Positions 49,129 to 59,277 of a DNA stretch of 64,000 nt are shown piece after piece. The position numbers and the translations under genes are program-made. The stretch spans positions 64,001 through 128,000 of the forward strand of contig CAWDSQ010000007.1 in assembly GCA_963804955.1 (NCBI GenBank). The letters run 5' to 3'. Within the stretch, counting starts at the first letter, position 1; every line of letters starts with the position of its first letter. This DNA comes from an uncultured delta proteobacterium. GTDB taxonomy: Bacteria > Desulfobacterota > WTBG01 > CAIYCZ01 > CAIRTM01. The notes beneath the pieces are model-generated. The model saw nothing but the letters and a program-made list of their open reading frames with translations, was not told the DNA's origin and ran no database searches.

Positions 49129-50340
49129 TCAATACTCATTATTCATTACCGGATTTTTTTGCAGTTCAGTAATATCAAGCTTATACAAAATATCCCAGCC
49201 GAAGGAGCCCGGTTCCCCCCCTATTCCGAAAAGCCACAAATTTGAGCCGGATAAAGCAATACTGTAAGGAGTTGAAAGCGGGCCATTTCCGGTTCTCCCG
49301 CCGGTGGGCGGATATATGAGACTTACGATATTTCCATCCATATCAATCTTATAAAGCATCTTTCCATATATACTGTCGGTAACCCAGAAGTATGTTCCGT
49401 CAAAAGCGATGCCATAGGGATTATCAAAAGGCAGGGGAATTGCCGTGTCGCAGAAACCATTCATATCGCATTTATTGATGCTCCTGGCTTGTCCGGCCAC
49501 GTACCAAACAGTACCATCCTTCACGAAAATACCCCTGGGGTCGCCGGGCGCACGAAAGGACGCAACCGGTTCGCCTGTTTTGGTAAACTTGTAAATGCTT
49601 TCGGAATGGAATTCGGTATACCAGATAAAGTCCCCATCTGCCGCAATACCGCGCACCTCATGATTCTCAGTCAGGGGGTAGCGTAACGATCGGTTCGGGC
49701 AAAAAATAACCAGCGTCCTCGGGAGCAGCAATGCCTGCTATAATCCGTTTTCCTGTGGAATTGTCGATGCCGAGCGTCCACAGCACCCCACCGTCAAAGG
49801 TTCCCACCGGAGTTACTGATTTCCAGTGCTGCACAACAGGCAGACTGGCAAGGGGCGGAGACCAGCCCATATCTGTTTCCTGGAGAAAAGGAATTTTACG
49901 ATTAAATATGGGTCGCAGGCGGACAAAGTCCGGCAGGAATCCGGCCATTCCCACAGCTTTCATCGTCAGGGCGGGCTCTTTCAGATTTACTCTACCCCAG
50001 ACGAAATACAGCGCGCTCCCTATGAGAGATTTAGGATTTTGACTAGAAACCCGTAATAGCGCATGTCAGCGTTCAAATCTGACCTGCTTATACTAAATCC
50101 ATACACCTCATCGAATACATACGTGCTGGTTGACCGCCAGTACATTTTGCCGCCGTAAAAGCCGACTTCCTCCCTGGCATACCATTCACTGTAATAAGAC
50201 CCATCATAAAAGCCCCAGAGCAAACCGGTGAGCCCATCGCTGGAATATGACCAGTCTGCGGCATCGGCAGGGTTGAATGGCAGAAGTACAACAAGAGTGA
50301 GGCAGGATAAAAGAATTATTTTTGCGCGTGTTGTAAGCAT
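49129..50340 (-). CDS. Secreted protein with C-terminal beta-propeller repeats (NHL/Vgb-like); two frameshifts (~50025, ~49678)
   Basis: Signal peptide ending ADA-A; RGIAADGDFIWYTE, PRGIFVKDGTVW, PYGIAFDGTYFWVTD, PYSIALSGSNLW. Three consecutive ORFs join. Confidence 0.65.
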
Positions 50341-50558
50341 GTAGTCCCCTTTTTAATTTTACCCCGAAGAGGCATCCGCCGCAGCGGACATCGTGAAACT
50401 ATAACTGCGTCACCTCAATCGTTCCGGAACAGACAATCGTTCTCACAGCCGGAAAAAAAGAACCGGAAAAACAAGGCTCGGCAGCAAACAAGGTGCAGCA
50501 AATAAAGATTTTAACGTAGTGCATGCCCCCCATTACAAGCTGCAATACAAAAATACGG

Positions 50559-51056
50559 CTAGGCTATAACCGTATGCATCAACTGCAGCGCAAGCGCGAC
50601 CAGCATTCTTGCGCTATTGCATGACCCATCATGCATTTCTATTTTTGAAAACCGGCCTCGTACTTCTTCGGACCAAAAACGCAGGGCTTTCTCTTCTTCG
50701 GCAGTTAAAACCAGGGCACGCATATCGCCCGACTTTATAAGACTCTTAAGATCCTGAAGGGTCTTTTCAGCATTGGCTTTTAATGCCTTGCCATCCTCTT
50801 CAGTACAGGCAATATCATGATGTGCGCATGCCGTAAGCGTCTCTGCAAGGATAAGCGTCCGGGCGCTGATCTCGTACAGCCTGTTCTCATGCGCTTGCAT
50901 TTTGCAACTCACCCGCACCCGGCAGGACGTGTTCGCATAAACCGGCTCGGTGAAAGACAGTTCGTTTATCCGCGGCCAGGGCTGATCTTTAAACACCGCA
51001 GCTGTCAAAAGCCCCAACGCTGCAACTGTCAGTAAAATTTTATGAACGGTTTTCAC
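50559..51056 (-). CDS. Chimeric A/B array protein (A-type N-terminus fused to B-type body), possibly truncated
   Basis: SD GAGGAG + GTG; KTVHKILL..ALGLLTAAVFK..SCRVRV, then HENRLYEIS..ACAHHDIACT..LQDL..LIKSGD..SCN. Confidence 0.6.
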   Translation of the reverse strand: MKTVHKILLTVAALGLLTAAVFKDQPWPRINELSFTEPVYANTSCRVRVSCKMQAHENRLYEISARTLILAETLTACAHHDIACTEEDGKALKANAEKTLQDLKSLIKSGDMRALVLTAEEEKALRFWSEEVRGRFSKIEMHDGSCNSARMLVALALQLMHTVIA

Positions 51057-51696
51057 GCTCTCCTCACTGTATGCTTTACTGCCCAGGGGTATTCGCCGGG
51101 GCTGAGACCGCACCCTGCAACTGCAAACATTGCTGCATAAATATATCTTTAGCCGTATTACTTTGAGTAAAGAAGTGCTGTTCCCGTTTTCCCCTTGCAC
51201 GTTCCCCCTGCAAGGGCAGGCAAAAAACTAAACTAACACTATTCAAATTAACGCAAGACGCGTACCAAAAAAATTAACTTGCTCTGAAAAAATCCAGAAC
51301 ATAATAAAAAGTATTGAAAAACAGATGGTTGAAAAAAATAAAAAAATAGCGGCTGCTTTGGCTCCATAAGCGGTAAAATACAATTGGCTGATTTCAGCCA
51401 GCAAAAGGGGTTGAAATAAATTTCATTGGTTGAATCCAGCCAATTACAGGTGATATGTATCGCCGGGGTTGACGGATTGAACTGCACATAACATGCCTGT
51501 TCCCTGCAATGCTTCAGATATGCCTGCCCGAATAATTTCTTGAGAAAAATGCGGCGCAAAGGTATATTTTGTGGAGAAACAGCCCAGGGTAATTCCCGGC
51601 TGACAGGAGCAAACTAAAAAAAAGAGCTCACGGGGGCCTTTGAGGGCCAACCCAGCTTCTTGAGCTTTATGCACAATATCATGACAGGACGATTGC

Positions 51697-52110
51697 ATGC
51701 CGATCTATGAATACTACTGCACGCCGTGCCACACCATTTTCAGCTTTCTGTCACGCACAGCAAACGTAAGCAGGCAGCCCGCCTGCCCTCGCTGCGGCGG
51801 TGAGATTCGCAAACAGGTTTCATCATTTGCCTTCTCCCAAAAGATGAGGGGCACTGAAAGTTTGCCCTTTTCGACACAGCAGGCAGAAGAAGGCGTTAAA
51901 AAGCTCAAAAGCGAAATCGACCGACTGAAGTCAGAGGAAAGCCCGCAGCGCGCCGCGCAGTTCAAAAAAAATTTCGAACGCTGGTCGGGCGTGAAGCTCG
52001 ACCACTCGGCTGGCTCCCTGCGCGGCGTTGAGCTTGCGCCTGAAAAAGGAGAGCCCCCTGAAGAAGAAGGCCCGCCTCCGGAGCGCGATGATACGATTTA
52101 TGATTTATAA
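51697..52110 (+). CDS. FmdB-family zinc-ribbon protein
   Basis: MPIYEYYCTPC..CPRCG..SSFAF. Confidence 0.88.
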   Translation: MPIYEYYCTPCHTIFSFLSRTANVSRQPACPRCGGEIRKQVSSFAFSQKMRGTESLPFSTQQAEEGVKKLKSEIDRLKSEESPQRAAQFKKNFERWSGVKLDHSAGSLRGVELAPEKGEPPEEEGPPPERDDTIYDL

Positions 52111-52118
52111 ACAAGCAG

Positions 52119-52310
52119 TTGGATTGGTTAATCTGGTTATATTAGTTTAATTGGTTTTATTGGTTGATTTGTTGAAACCGGGCTTAAATCATCTATGCTC
52201 ACACGGACGATCTTCAGAGACATTGCTGGTTGTCAATTGATGGTTGTTCATTCATCTAACGAGCATTGACCTTTGACTATTGACCACTGACCAATAAACC
52301 ATTGACCATT
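52119..52310. repeat. Short degenerate tandem repeats (ATTGGTT-containing ~9-mers, then CATTGAC 7-mers)
   Basis: 52119-52170 and 52264-52310, read directly. Confidence 0.65.
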
Positions 52311-52316
52311 CCCTGC

Positions 52317-53168
52317 ATGATGACCCTTGACCAGCTTCGCACAAACAAAGTGGGCCTGGTTCTCTCATCAGGCTTTTTCGGCTTCTACGCGCACGCGGGC
52401 TGCCTGTGCGCCCTTTCCGAAATGGGCATTCATCCGATGGGATATGCCGGCAGCAGCGCCGGCGCCATCATAGCCGCAATGGGGGCCTCGGGCATGGCCT
52501 GCGAAAAAATCCGCGAGCGCCTGTTCCCCCTGAAAAAAAAAGACTTCTGGGACCCTGAGCCATGGTACCGCGTGGCGCTGCACGGACTTCGCCTGTTTCG
52601 CGGGTGGCATGGCTACCTGAACGGCGACAGGTTCGCAACACTGCTGCAGCGCATGCTGCCCGTAGCGACTTTTGAAGAGCTGCGCTGCCCCTGCGTTATA
52701 ACTACCATTAATTTAAACACTAAAAAACGCGAGTGGCGCACTGCCGGAAATCTTGCTGATGCGGTGCAGGCATCCTGCACCGTGCCCTGGCTGTTCAAGT
52801 TCAAAATCATGGACGACGCCCTGCATGTTGACGGAGGATTTGCCGACAAGGCGCCGGTCGAGGCACTTGCCCGGCACATGCAGCCCGATGTGCTCATCGT
52901 GCACTACCTGAAATCAAGCAACCTGCGCGGCGATGATCAGTCGTTCCTCAACCGGCGATTCTCAGCCGGCAAGGCCAAAACTCTTGCCGTCACCATCGGC
53001 CGCCACGAGCACTACCTCACGCAGAAGCGGCTTGTCGAGCAGATGGGCATCCCTGTGCTTGAAATAGCCCCCGAGCTTCCTTCTGTCTCCCCTGCTCATA
53101 TTGACCGCGGCCCTGCGGCTTTTGAGCAAGCACGACAGCAGACACTGCTGTTATTGAACAGCCTATAA
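52317..53168 (+). CDS. Patatin-like phospholipase
   Basis: LVLSSGFFGFYAHAG, GSSAG nucleophile elbow, DGG motif. Confidence 0.9.
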   Translation: MMTLDQLRTNKVGLVLSSGFFGFYAHAGCLCALSEMGIHPMGYAGSSAGAIIAAMGASGMACEKIRERLFPLKKKDFWDPEPWYRVALHGLRLFRGWHGYLNGDRFATLLQRMLPVATFEELRCPCVITTINLNTKKREWRTAGNLADAVQASCTVPWLFKFKIMDDALHVDGGFADKAPVEALARHMQPDVLIVHYLKSSNLRGDDQSFLNRRFSAGKAKTLAVTIGRHEHYLTQKRLVEQMGIPVLEIAPELPSVSPAHIDRGPAAFEQARQQTLLLLNSL

Positions 53169-53452
53169 GGGCATGTATTGTCCTGAAGGAGCTCTTTGCC
53201 GGGTTTTTTCTATGGTATGTAGAAGCCGCTTCCGCCGCCTGCTTTTACAGATTATACATAAACCGAAAATTTCATTTTACATCTAATTCATTCTTATGCT
53301 GTTGACTGAATCTAAATCATATGTAATAACAATTATAATTTTGAATTTCCATGATTTGCTTAAAGAATACAGCTTGTATAATGTTAAAAACTACTGATAT
53401 ATTTTATTTTATAAGACGTCATGCCCTAATATTGTCATAAAGGAGAGTTGAT

Positions 53453-55216
53453 ATGGCCTATGATGCGACAAAATTAAAAGACTGGGAAATTTCAGAAGCA
53501 GCTGAAAAGAACATGCCCACGCCTGAACAGTGGCGCGACAAACTTGGTCTTCAGAAGGACGAGATCATTCCCATGGGCAGGCTGTGCAAGCTGGATTTCA
53601 TGAAAGTCATGGAGCGGCTCAAAGGCAAGCCCGACGGCAAGTTCATCGAGGTAACCGCCATAACGCCGACACCCCTGGGGGAAGGCAAAAGCACAACTTC
53701 CGTGGGCATCATCGAGGGACTTGGCAAACGCGGCAAGAATGTCGGCGGTGCGCTGCGGCAGCCCTCGGGCGGTCCGACCATGAACGTCAAGGGAACTGCG
53801 GCCGGCGGCGGCAATGCCCTGCTCATCCCGATGACCGAGTTTTCCCTCGGCCTCACCGGCGACATCAACGATATCATGAACGCGCACAACCTGGCCATGG
53901 TCGCCCTCACGGCCCGCCTGCAGCATGAGCGCAACTACAATGACGAGCAGTTGCAGCGCCTGACCGGCATGCGGCGCCTTGACATCGATTCAACGCGGGT
54001 TGAAATGGGCTGGATCATCGACTTTTGCGCCCAGAGCCTCCGGAATATCATCATCGGCGTCGGCGGCAAGCAGGACGGCTATACCATGCAGTCGAAATTC
54101 GGCATCGCCGTCGGCTCGGAGTGCATGGCGATTCTTTCCATCGCACGCGATCTTGCCGACCTGCGCGAGCGCCTCGACAGAATCACTGTCGCTTTCGACA
54201 AAAGCGGCAAGCCCATCACAACGGGAGACCTGGAGGTGGGAGGGGCCATGTGCGCATGGATGCGCAACACTATAAACCCCACGCTCATGAGCACGGCCGA
54301 GTACCAGCCCTGCATGGTGCACGCGGGCCCCTTTGCCAATATCGCCGTTGGCCAGTCCTCCATCATCTCCGACCGGATGGCACTGAAAATGTTCGACTAT
54401 CATGTGACCGAGAGCGGGTTTGCTGCCGACATTGGGTTCGAGAAATTCTGGAACGTGAAGTGCCGCCTGAGCGGGCTGAAGCCCCATGTGTCCGTGCTGA
54501 CCACGACCATCAGGGCCCTTAAAATGCATGGCGGCGGCCCCAGGGTATCGCCGGGCATAGCACTTCCCGAGGCCTACACAAAGGAAAACCTCGAGCTCCT
54601 GGAGCGGGGCCTGTGCAACATGATCCACCATATCCATACCATCCGCAAGGCGGGCATCAACCCGGTTGTGTGCGTCAACATGTTTCACACGGACACGGCC
54701 GAGGAGATAAAAATGGTCAAAAGGGCTGCTGAAGCCGCGGGCGCCCGGTGCGCCAAGTCATCGCACTGGGCCGACGGCGGCGACGGCGCACTGGAGCTTG
54801 CCGACGCGATCATTGACGCGTGCAATGAAACGAACGACTTCAGGTTTCTGTACCCCCTGGAAATGAAGCTTCGCGACCGCGTTGCCGTCATTGGCAAGGA
54901 GGTCTATGGCGCGGACGGCGTGACCTGGACGCCCGAGGCCGAGGCAAAAGCAAAAATGCTCGAAGACGATCCGCAGTATGCTGACTATGCAACCATGATG
55001 GTAAAAACGCACTTGAGCCTGACCCATGAACCGTCCCTGAAAGGCGTGCCCAAGGGCTGGATACTGCCCATACGGGATGTGCTCATATACTCGGGCGCAA
55101 AATTTCTCTGTCCCATGGCTGGCACTATCAGCCTGATGCCGGGAACCGGCTCGAACCCTGCGTTCCGGCGCGTTGATGTTGATGTTACAACAGGAAAAGT
55201 CAGTGGCCTCTTCTAA
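53453..55216 (+). CDS. fhs: Formate--tetrahydrofolate ligase
   Basis: [53 protein letters not shown]. Confidence 0.97.
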   Translation: MAYDATKLKDWEISEAAEKNMPTPEQWRDKLGLQKDEIIPMGRLCKLDFMKVMERLKGKPDGKFIEVTAITPTPLGEGKSTTSVGIIEGLGKRGKNVGGALRQPSGGPTMNVKGTAAGGGNALLIPMTEFSLGLTGDINDIMNAHNLAMVALTARLQHERNYNDEQLQRLTGMRRLDIDSTRVEMGWIIDFCAQSLRNIIIGVGGKQDGYTMQSKFGIAVGSECMAILSIARDLADLRERLDRITVAFDKSGKPITTGDLEVGGAMCAWMRNTINPTLMSTAEYQPCMVHAGPFANIAVGQSSIISDRMALKMFDYHVTESGFAADIGFEKFWNVKCRLSGLKPHVSVLTTTIRALKMHGGGPRVSPGIALPEAYTKENLELLERGLCNMIHHIHTIRKAGINPVVCVNMFHTDTAEEIKMVKRAAEAAGARCAKSSHWADGGDGALELADAIIDACNETNDFRFLYPLEMKLRDRVAVIGKEVYGADGVTWTPEAEAKAKMLEDDPQYADYATMMVKTHLSLTHEPSLKGVPKGWILPIRDVLIYSGAKFLCPMAGTISLMPGTGSNPAFRRVDVDVTTGKVSGLF

Positions 55217-55257
55217 ATGCAGTGTACCTGAATGCTGCGCACAAACGGAGATAGAAA

Positions 55258-55285
55258 TTGACATACTGTCTCCGTTTGCTATTAT
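55258..55285 (+). promoter_or_regulatory. Sigma-70 promoter
   Basis: TTGACA-16 nt-TATTAT with a TGn extended -10. Confidence 0.5.
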
Positions 55286-55354
55286 TTGCTACCCGGCAGA
55301 CCGGCATACATACAGACGACATAATAACCTGACAGAACAGAGAAGGAACAACAC

Positions 55355-56152
55355 ATGAAGATCAAAAAATATATACTGATACTGCCCATCCTGCTGCTGG
55401 CTCCAGCAGCCTGCAGCAACAGCAACAGCCAGGAGGCGAGCCCTCCCCCCGCAGCGGCAAAGTCTGCACCTGCAGCAGCAACGCCTGCGCCTGCGGCAGC
55501 AGACATCACCGGAACCGTGGCTGAAACCATGGATGCCGCAGGCTACACCTATGTTCTGCTTGACACAGGCAGGGAGAAGGTCTGGTTTGCCGGCCCCGGA
55601 TGCACGGTCAAGGTCGGCGAAAAGCTGAGCATCAAGCCGGGGCTTGAAAAAACCAATTTCACCAGCAAAACCTTCAACAGGACCTTTGATAAACTCTACT
55701 TTGTGGACAGCTTGGGCGCCGCCTCAGACACCAAGGCCGTCTGCTCTGTGCCTCCGACGCAGTCCGCAGTAACCTCGCCCCACAACCTTGAAGGCGCATC
55801 CCGTACCGCTGCGCCCACTCCCGCAGGACTTGATTTTGCCGGAATCAAAAAGCCCGCCGGCGGAAAAACCGTAGCACAAATCCATGCAGAGAAAAAAGCC
55901 CTTGCCGGAAAGCGCGTTACCCTGCGCGGCAAAGTGGTCAAATTCAGCCTCGACATCATGGGTAAAAACTGGGCACATATACAGGACGGCACCGGCGCTG
56001 CGGGAACAAACGACCTGACCGCAACGACACTGAGCGCGGCAAAGGTAGGAGACAAAGTGCTGGTTGAAGGCCTTGTCGCTGTTGATAAGGACTTCGGATA
56101 TGGCTACAAATATGATGTTCTGATTGACAATGCCACACTGAAAACGGAATAA
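55355..56152 (+). CDS. Lipoprotein with two OB-fold-like domains (NrfJ-like N-domain)
   Basis: Lipobox PAAC; GTVAETMDAAGYTYV..W.A.P; RGKVVK..IMGKNWAHIQDG..KDFGYGYKY. Confidence 0.75.
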   Translation: MKIKKYILILPILLLAPAACSNSNSQEASPPPAAAKSAPAAATPAPAAADITGTVAETMDAAGYTYVLLDTGREKVWFAGPGCTVKVGEKLSIKPGLEKTNFTSKTFNRTFDKLYFVDSLGAASDTKAVCSVPPTQSAVTSPHNLEGASRTAAPTPAGLDFAGIKKPAGGKTVAQIHAEKKALAGKRVTLRGKVVKFSLDIMGKNWAHIQDGTGAAGTNDLTATTLSAAKVGDKVLVEGLVAVDKDFGYGYKYDVLIDNATLKTE

Positions 56153-56171
56153 TGACAGAGCGGCATTTTAC

Positions 56172-56214
56172 AAACAGCGGGCCGGCAGTGCATGCCGGAC
56201 CGCTGTTTTTTTTT
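56172..56214. terminator. Intrinsic terminator between convergent genes
   Basis: AAACAGCGGGCCGGCA-gtgca-TGCCGGACCGCTGTTT plus T run. Confidence 0.75.
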
Positions 56215-56229
56215 GCCTGTCTCAGGGTA

Positions 56230-57917
56230 TTACTTCTTTGCTGTTTTATACATGGAAATCTGATTTATACTGGAGCCGCCAAACCCCTCAGACCTCAGCG
56301 AAAGTATGATAATCTCCCGAACCCCATCCTTGTCGATATCATCAAACAGATAATCCGTCACAGAGTCTTTGATCATGGGGCTTGACCAGTTGAGAGCCAG
56401 GTCGGCGCCATCCCACAAAAGGCACTGCAACTGCCCCTCGGTGAAGTCAAACAGTTTACTGACCACAGGGCCGCCCCTGCGGTTGTTTTTACCGACGATG
56501 ACTGCCCAGCGGCCGTCGGGGGAAATATCGGCACAGATTATGCGCAGGGGCACATTTTCCTTCTGGTCCATCTCATTGGAGGTTGTGTATACGGAAAAAA
56601 AGTTGGGTGTGCCCCCCAGATTCATCGTGTCGCGCCAGACAGTCTTGCTGGTCGCGGACACCAGAATAAGGTCTGGCTGTGTGTTGAAAAAGCCCTTGTC
56701 GAATACGAGAAAATCGGTCACACCGTCGGCATCGACATCACCCTCGCCAAAGCCGTAGATGCCGCGGCTGCCGGGAAGAATAAACTGCTCGCGCGATATC
56801 AGCTTGCCCTCTTTCCATTCCATGCTGTAGATATCGCCGCTGAAAGGGCTCACGGTGCCGGCTTCCTGGCCGATGAGCCTGACGGAAGCATCGGAAAGTC
56901 TATAGACATGGTAAAACCACCGCTGGTTCTGCTCAATACGGGTATACTGGTTCTGCTGAAACTCCACGATGAATGAGCGTGCACGCTGGGTTTCGTAGCA
57001 GCTCACATACAGCTCGTCAATGCCGTTGCCGTTGAAATCACCTGCATCGACATGCACCACATGCTCGTCAATGCCGACGGGAATTTCAGCAATTTTTGCA
57101 AGTGAGCTGCCGGACAGCTGATAGATGTTCACGATCTCCGGCCCGGCCGCTATCAGCTCCTTTTTGCCGTCGCCGTTGACATCGCCTGAGCAGATATAGT
57201 GCAGCGGCTTGCCTTTAAGCTCAGCGGAAAAAGCTGGCGCCGATTCAAAAAGCGCACCGGGCCCTGCGCCGTAGCGGCGCTTCGGCTGCTCTGAATCGAA
57301 GCGGCTGGGCTTGCCCTGGGGCCGCCGGGGAGGGGGCGGATAGACATCTTCTGGCGCTTCGTCAGCCGTGGCATACGAGCGGCTGCGCTTGCCGGGCTGA
57401 GCGTAAAGCTCGTCATCGGCCGCTGCTGAACCTGCGGGCGCAATGCTCCCGACAATGGAATCGCGGGCCTTTTGCGCAAGTATGTTCAGCTGCGGTATGA
57501 TGCCGTCAAAGCCCTGGCTCTGGACGGAAATCGGCACAGGACTGTCGCTTGCGGCAAGATTCACGAGGCGGGCATCGATACTTATGACGCCGCCCATCTT
57601 CGTGATGCTGCCCGCAAGCAGATAATCCGCCCCGGCTTTTTTTGCCATGGCAAGCTGCTCTGCCGCAGGAATTACCCGCGGCTTCTGTCCCGCTTCCGCT
57701 TTCACTCCCGACGGCTCAAGCACGATAATCTGCCCCGGCATGGATAGCGCGTCCCGGCAGCATGGTGGCAATACCTGACTGAACACTGCTCATATCTTCA
57801 GCTGCATGCGCCTCAAAGGGAAACAGGACTAAGTTTTACCTCTTTTGCCTCGGCAGCCGCTGCGCTCAGCATGCAGCAGAGGACAATGGTCAGAAATGAA
57901 CGACAGGCTCTTTTCAT
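56230..57917 (-). CDS. Secreted FG-GAP/VCBS-repeat protein with N-terminal TolB_N/CsgG-like domain; two +1 insertions near the 5' end
   Basis: Signal peptide from ATG 57917; GADYLLAGSITKMG..SIDARLV; GDVNGDGKKE, GDFNGNGIDE, GDVDADGVTD, DDIDKDGVRE. Confidence 0.8.
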
Positions 57918-58145
57918 AGCTTCTTCTTTCTCTAAAATATGACGGCCGCTGATAAATGTTTCTGCTTGTAACATAATAAAACACGCCCTGTAAAGGAGTT
58001 AATAGCGGTGGCTTTACGCAAATTGCTCAGACCGGCAGTCTCAAACGTGACCGGAGCCTTTATTTTAATTTACTCCAGCCGTGAAGAGCTCTATAATTCA
58101 GCCAATAAACGAAAAAACACATGCGCTAAAGAGAGGCTATACACC

Positions 58146-59175
58146 ATGAAAGCACTTGGCTATACCCGGCCGCTTGAGATCGGCGAGTTTAAAACTGCGC
58201 TCACCATGCTTGATCTGCCGGTGCCCGAACCGGCCGATCAGGAGGTGCTCGTACAGGTGAAAGCATCTTCCATCAATATCGATGACATACATTTTGCCGA
58301 GGGCACGTTCTTCGGCGGCCTTTTTCCCTCGCGTGCATCAGCAGAAAAGCCCACCGTCGCGGGAGTTGATGTTGCCGGCACAGTCGTCAAAATAGGGAAA
58401 GGGGTTTCCATCTTCAAACCGGGAGATGACGTGCTCGGCTTCACGATGCCCGGCTCGGGCCGGGGGGCATGGGCCGAATACTGCTGCCTGAAAGAAAAAC
58501 TCGCCCTGCACAAGCCCGCAGGCTACAGCTTTGCCGAGGCCGCCGCCTGCGCTATCGGCGGCAAGACCGGTGCAAGCGCTGTCATCTGCGCCAAAGCTTC
58601 CGCAGGAGAAAGCGCGGTCGTTATTGGCGCGTCGGGAGGCATCGGCAGCATCGTGGTGCAGATTCTGGCCCGCCAGGGCCTGCAGGTTACCGGCGTTTGC
58701 AGCGGCGCAAACCGCGACCTTGTTCTGTCGCTGGGGGCGCAAACAGTTATTGATTATACAAAAGGATCATTCGATGATCAGATCGGCGGCGGGCAGATGG
58801 ATGTAGTCATCGACTGCGTGGGAGGCCGCGATGTTGAGGCCCGCGGCATGCGGATTCTGAAAAAAACCGGCCGCTTTGTCACCCTGTGCGGCCCGGAACA
58901 GTATATCGGCGAACGACGGGTCGGAAAAATCGGCGTTGCCGCCATGCTGGCCTATGTGTTCTGGCGCAGCTTCATAACCAGAATTAAGCGGGCCGCGCTA
59001 TATCATGGGCGGTATCGGCTCATCGCTCGAACCGCTGCAAAACCTGGTGCTGAATAACGATATCAAACCGCCCATCGACCGCCGCCTGCCTTTTACCGAG
59101 GCTGCCATACGGGAGGGCATTGCCCATATCGGCACCCACCGGGCAAAAGGCAAAATCATAATTGAAATGCAATAA
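58146..59175 (+). CDS. MDR-family NAD(P)-dependent oxidoreductase (quinone reductase-like); +1 insertion ~58989
   Basis: EVLVQVKASSIN, GVDVAGTV, GASGGIG; the +1 frame supplies IKPPIDR..HRAKGKII* ending at 59175. Confidence 0.87.
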
Positions 59176-59232
59176 AGGAATTCAAAAGCCGGGAGCCAAA
59201 ATTTAGAAAGTTGAACAAACACAAAGTCTTCA

Positions 59233-59267
59233 TTCTGGCTTCTGGATTCTGGATTCTGACTCCTGAA
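59233..59267. repeat. Heptamer tandem repeat (TTCTGGA type x5)
   Basis: TTCTGGC TTCTGGA TTCTGGA TTCTGAC TCCTGAA. Confidence 0.8.
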
Positions 59268-59277
59268 TTCCCCGTTC

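Noticed and set aside
43231..51056. Complete diversity-generating retroelement
   Set aside because: No reverse transcriptase seen; the 59-bp repeat has a single mismatch and does not involve the CLec-like gene.
51480..51670. Sigma-54-like GG-N10-GC motifs and hairpins between the array and the FmdB gene
   Set aside because: Matches are weak (AGGCAT at -24) and far from the first plausible start; hairpins match no known RNA.
53170..53452. THF or ZTP riboswitch upstream of fhs
   Set aside because: The leader is very AT-rich and lacks the conserved motifs.
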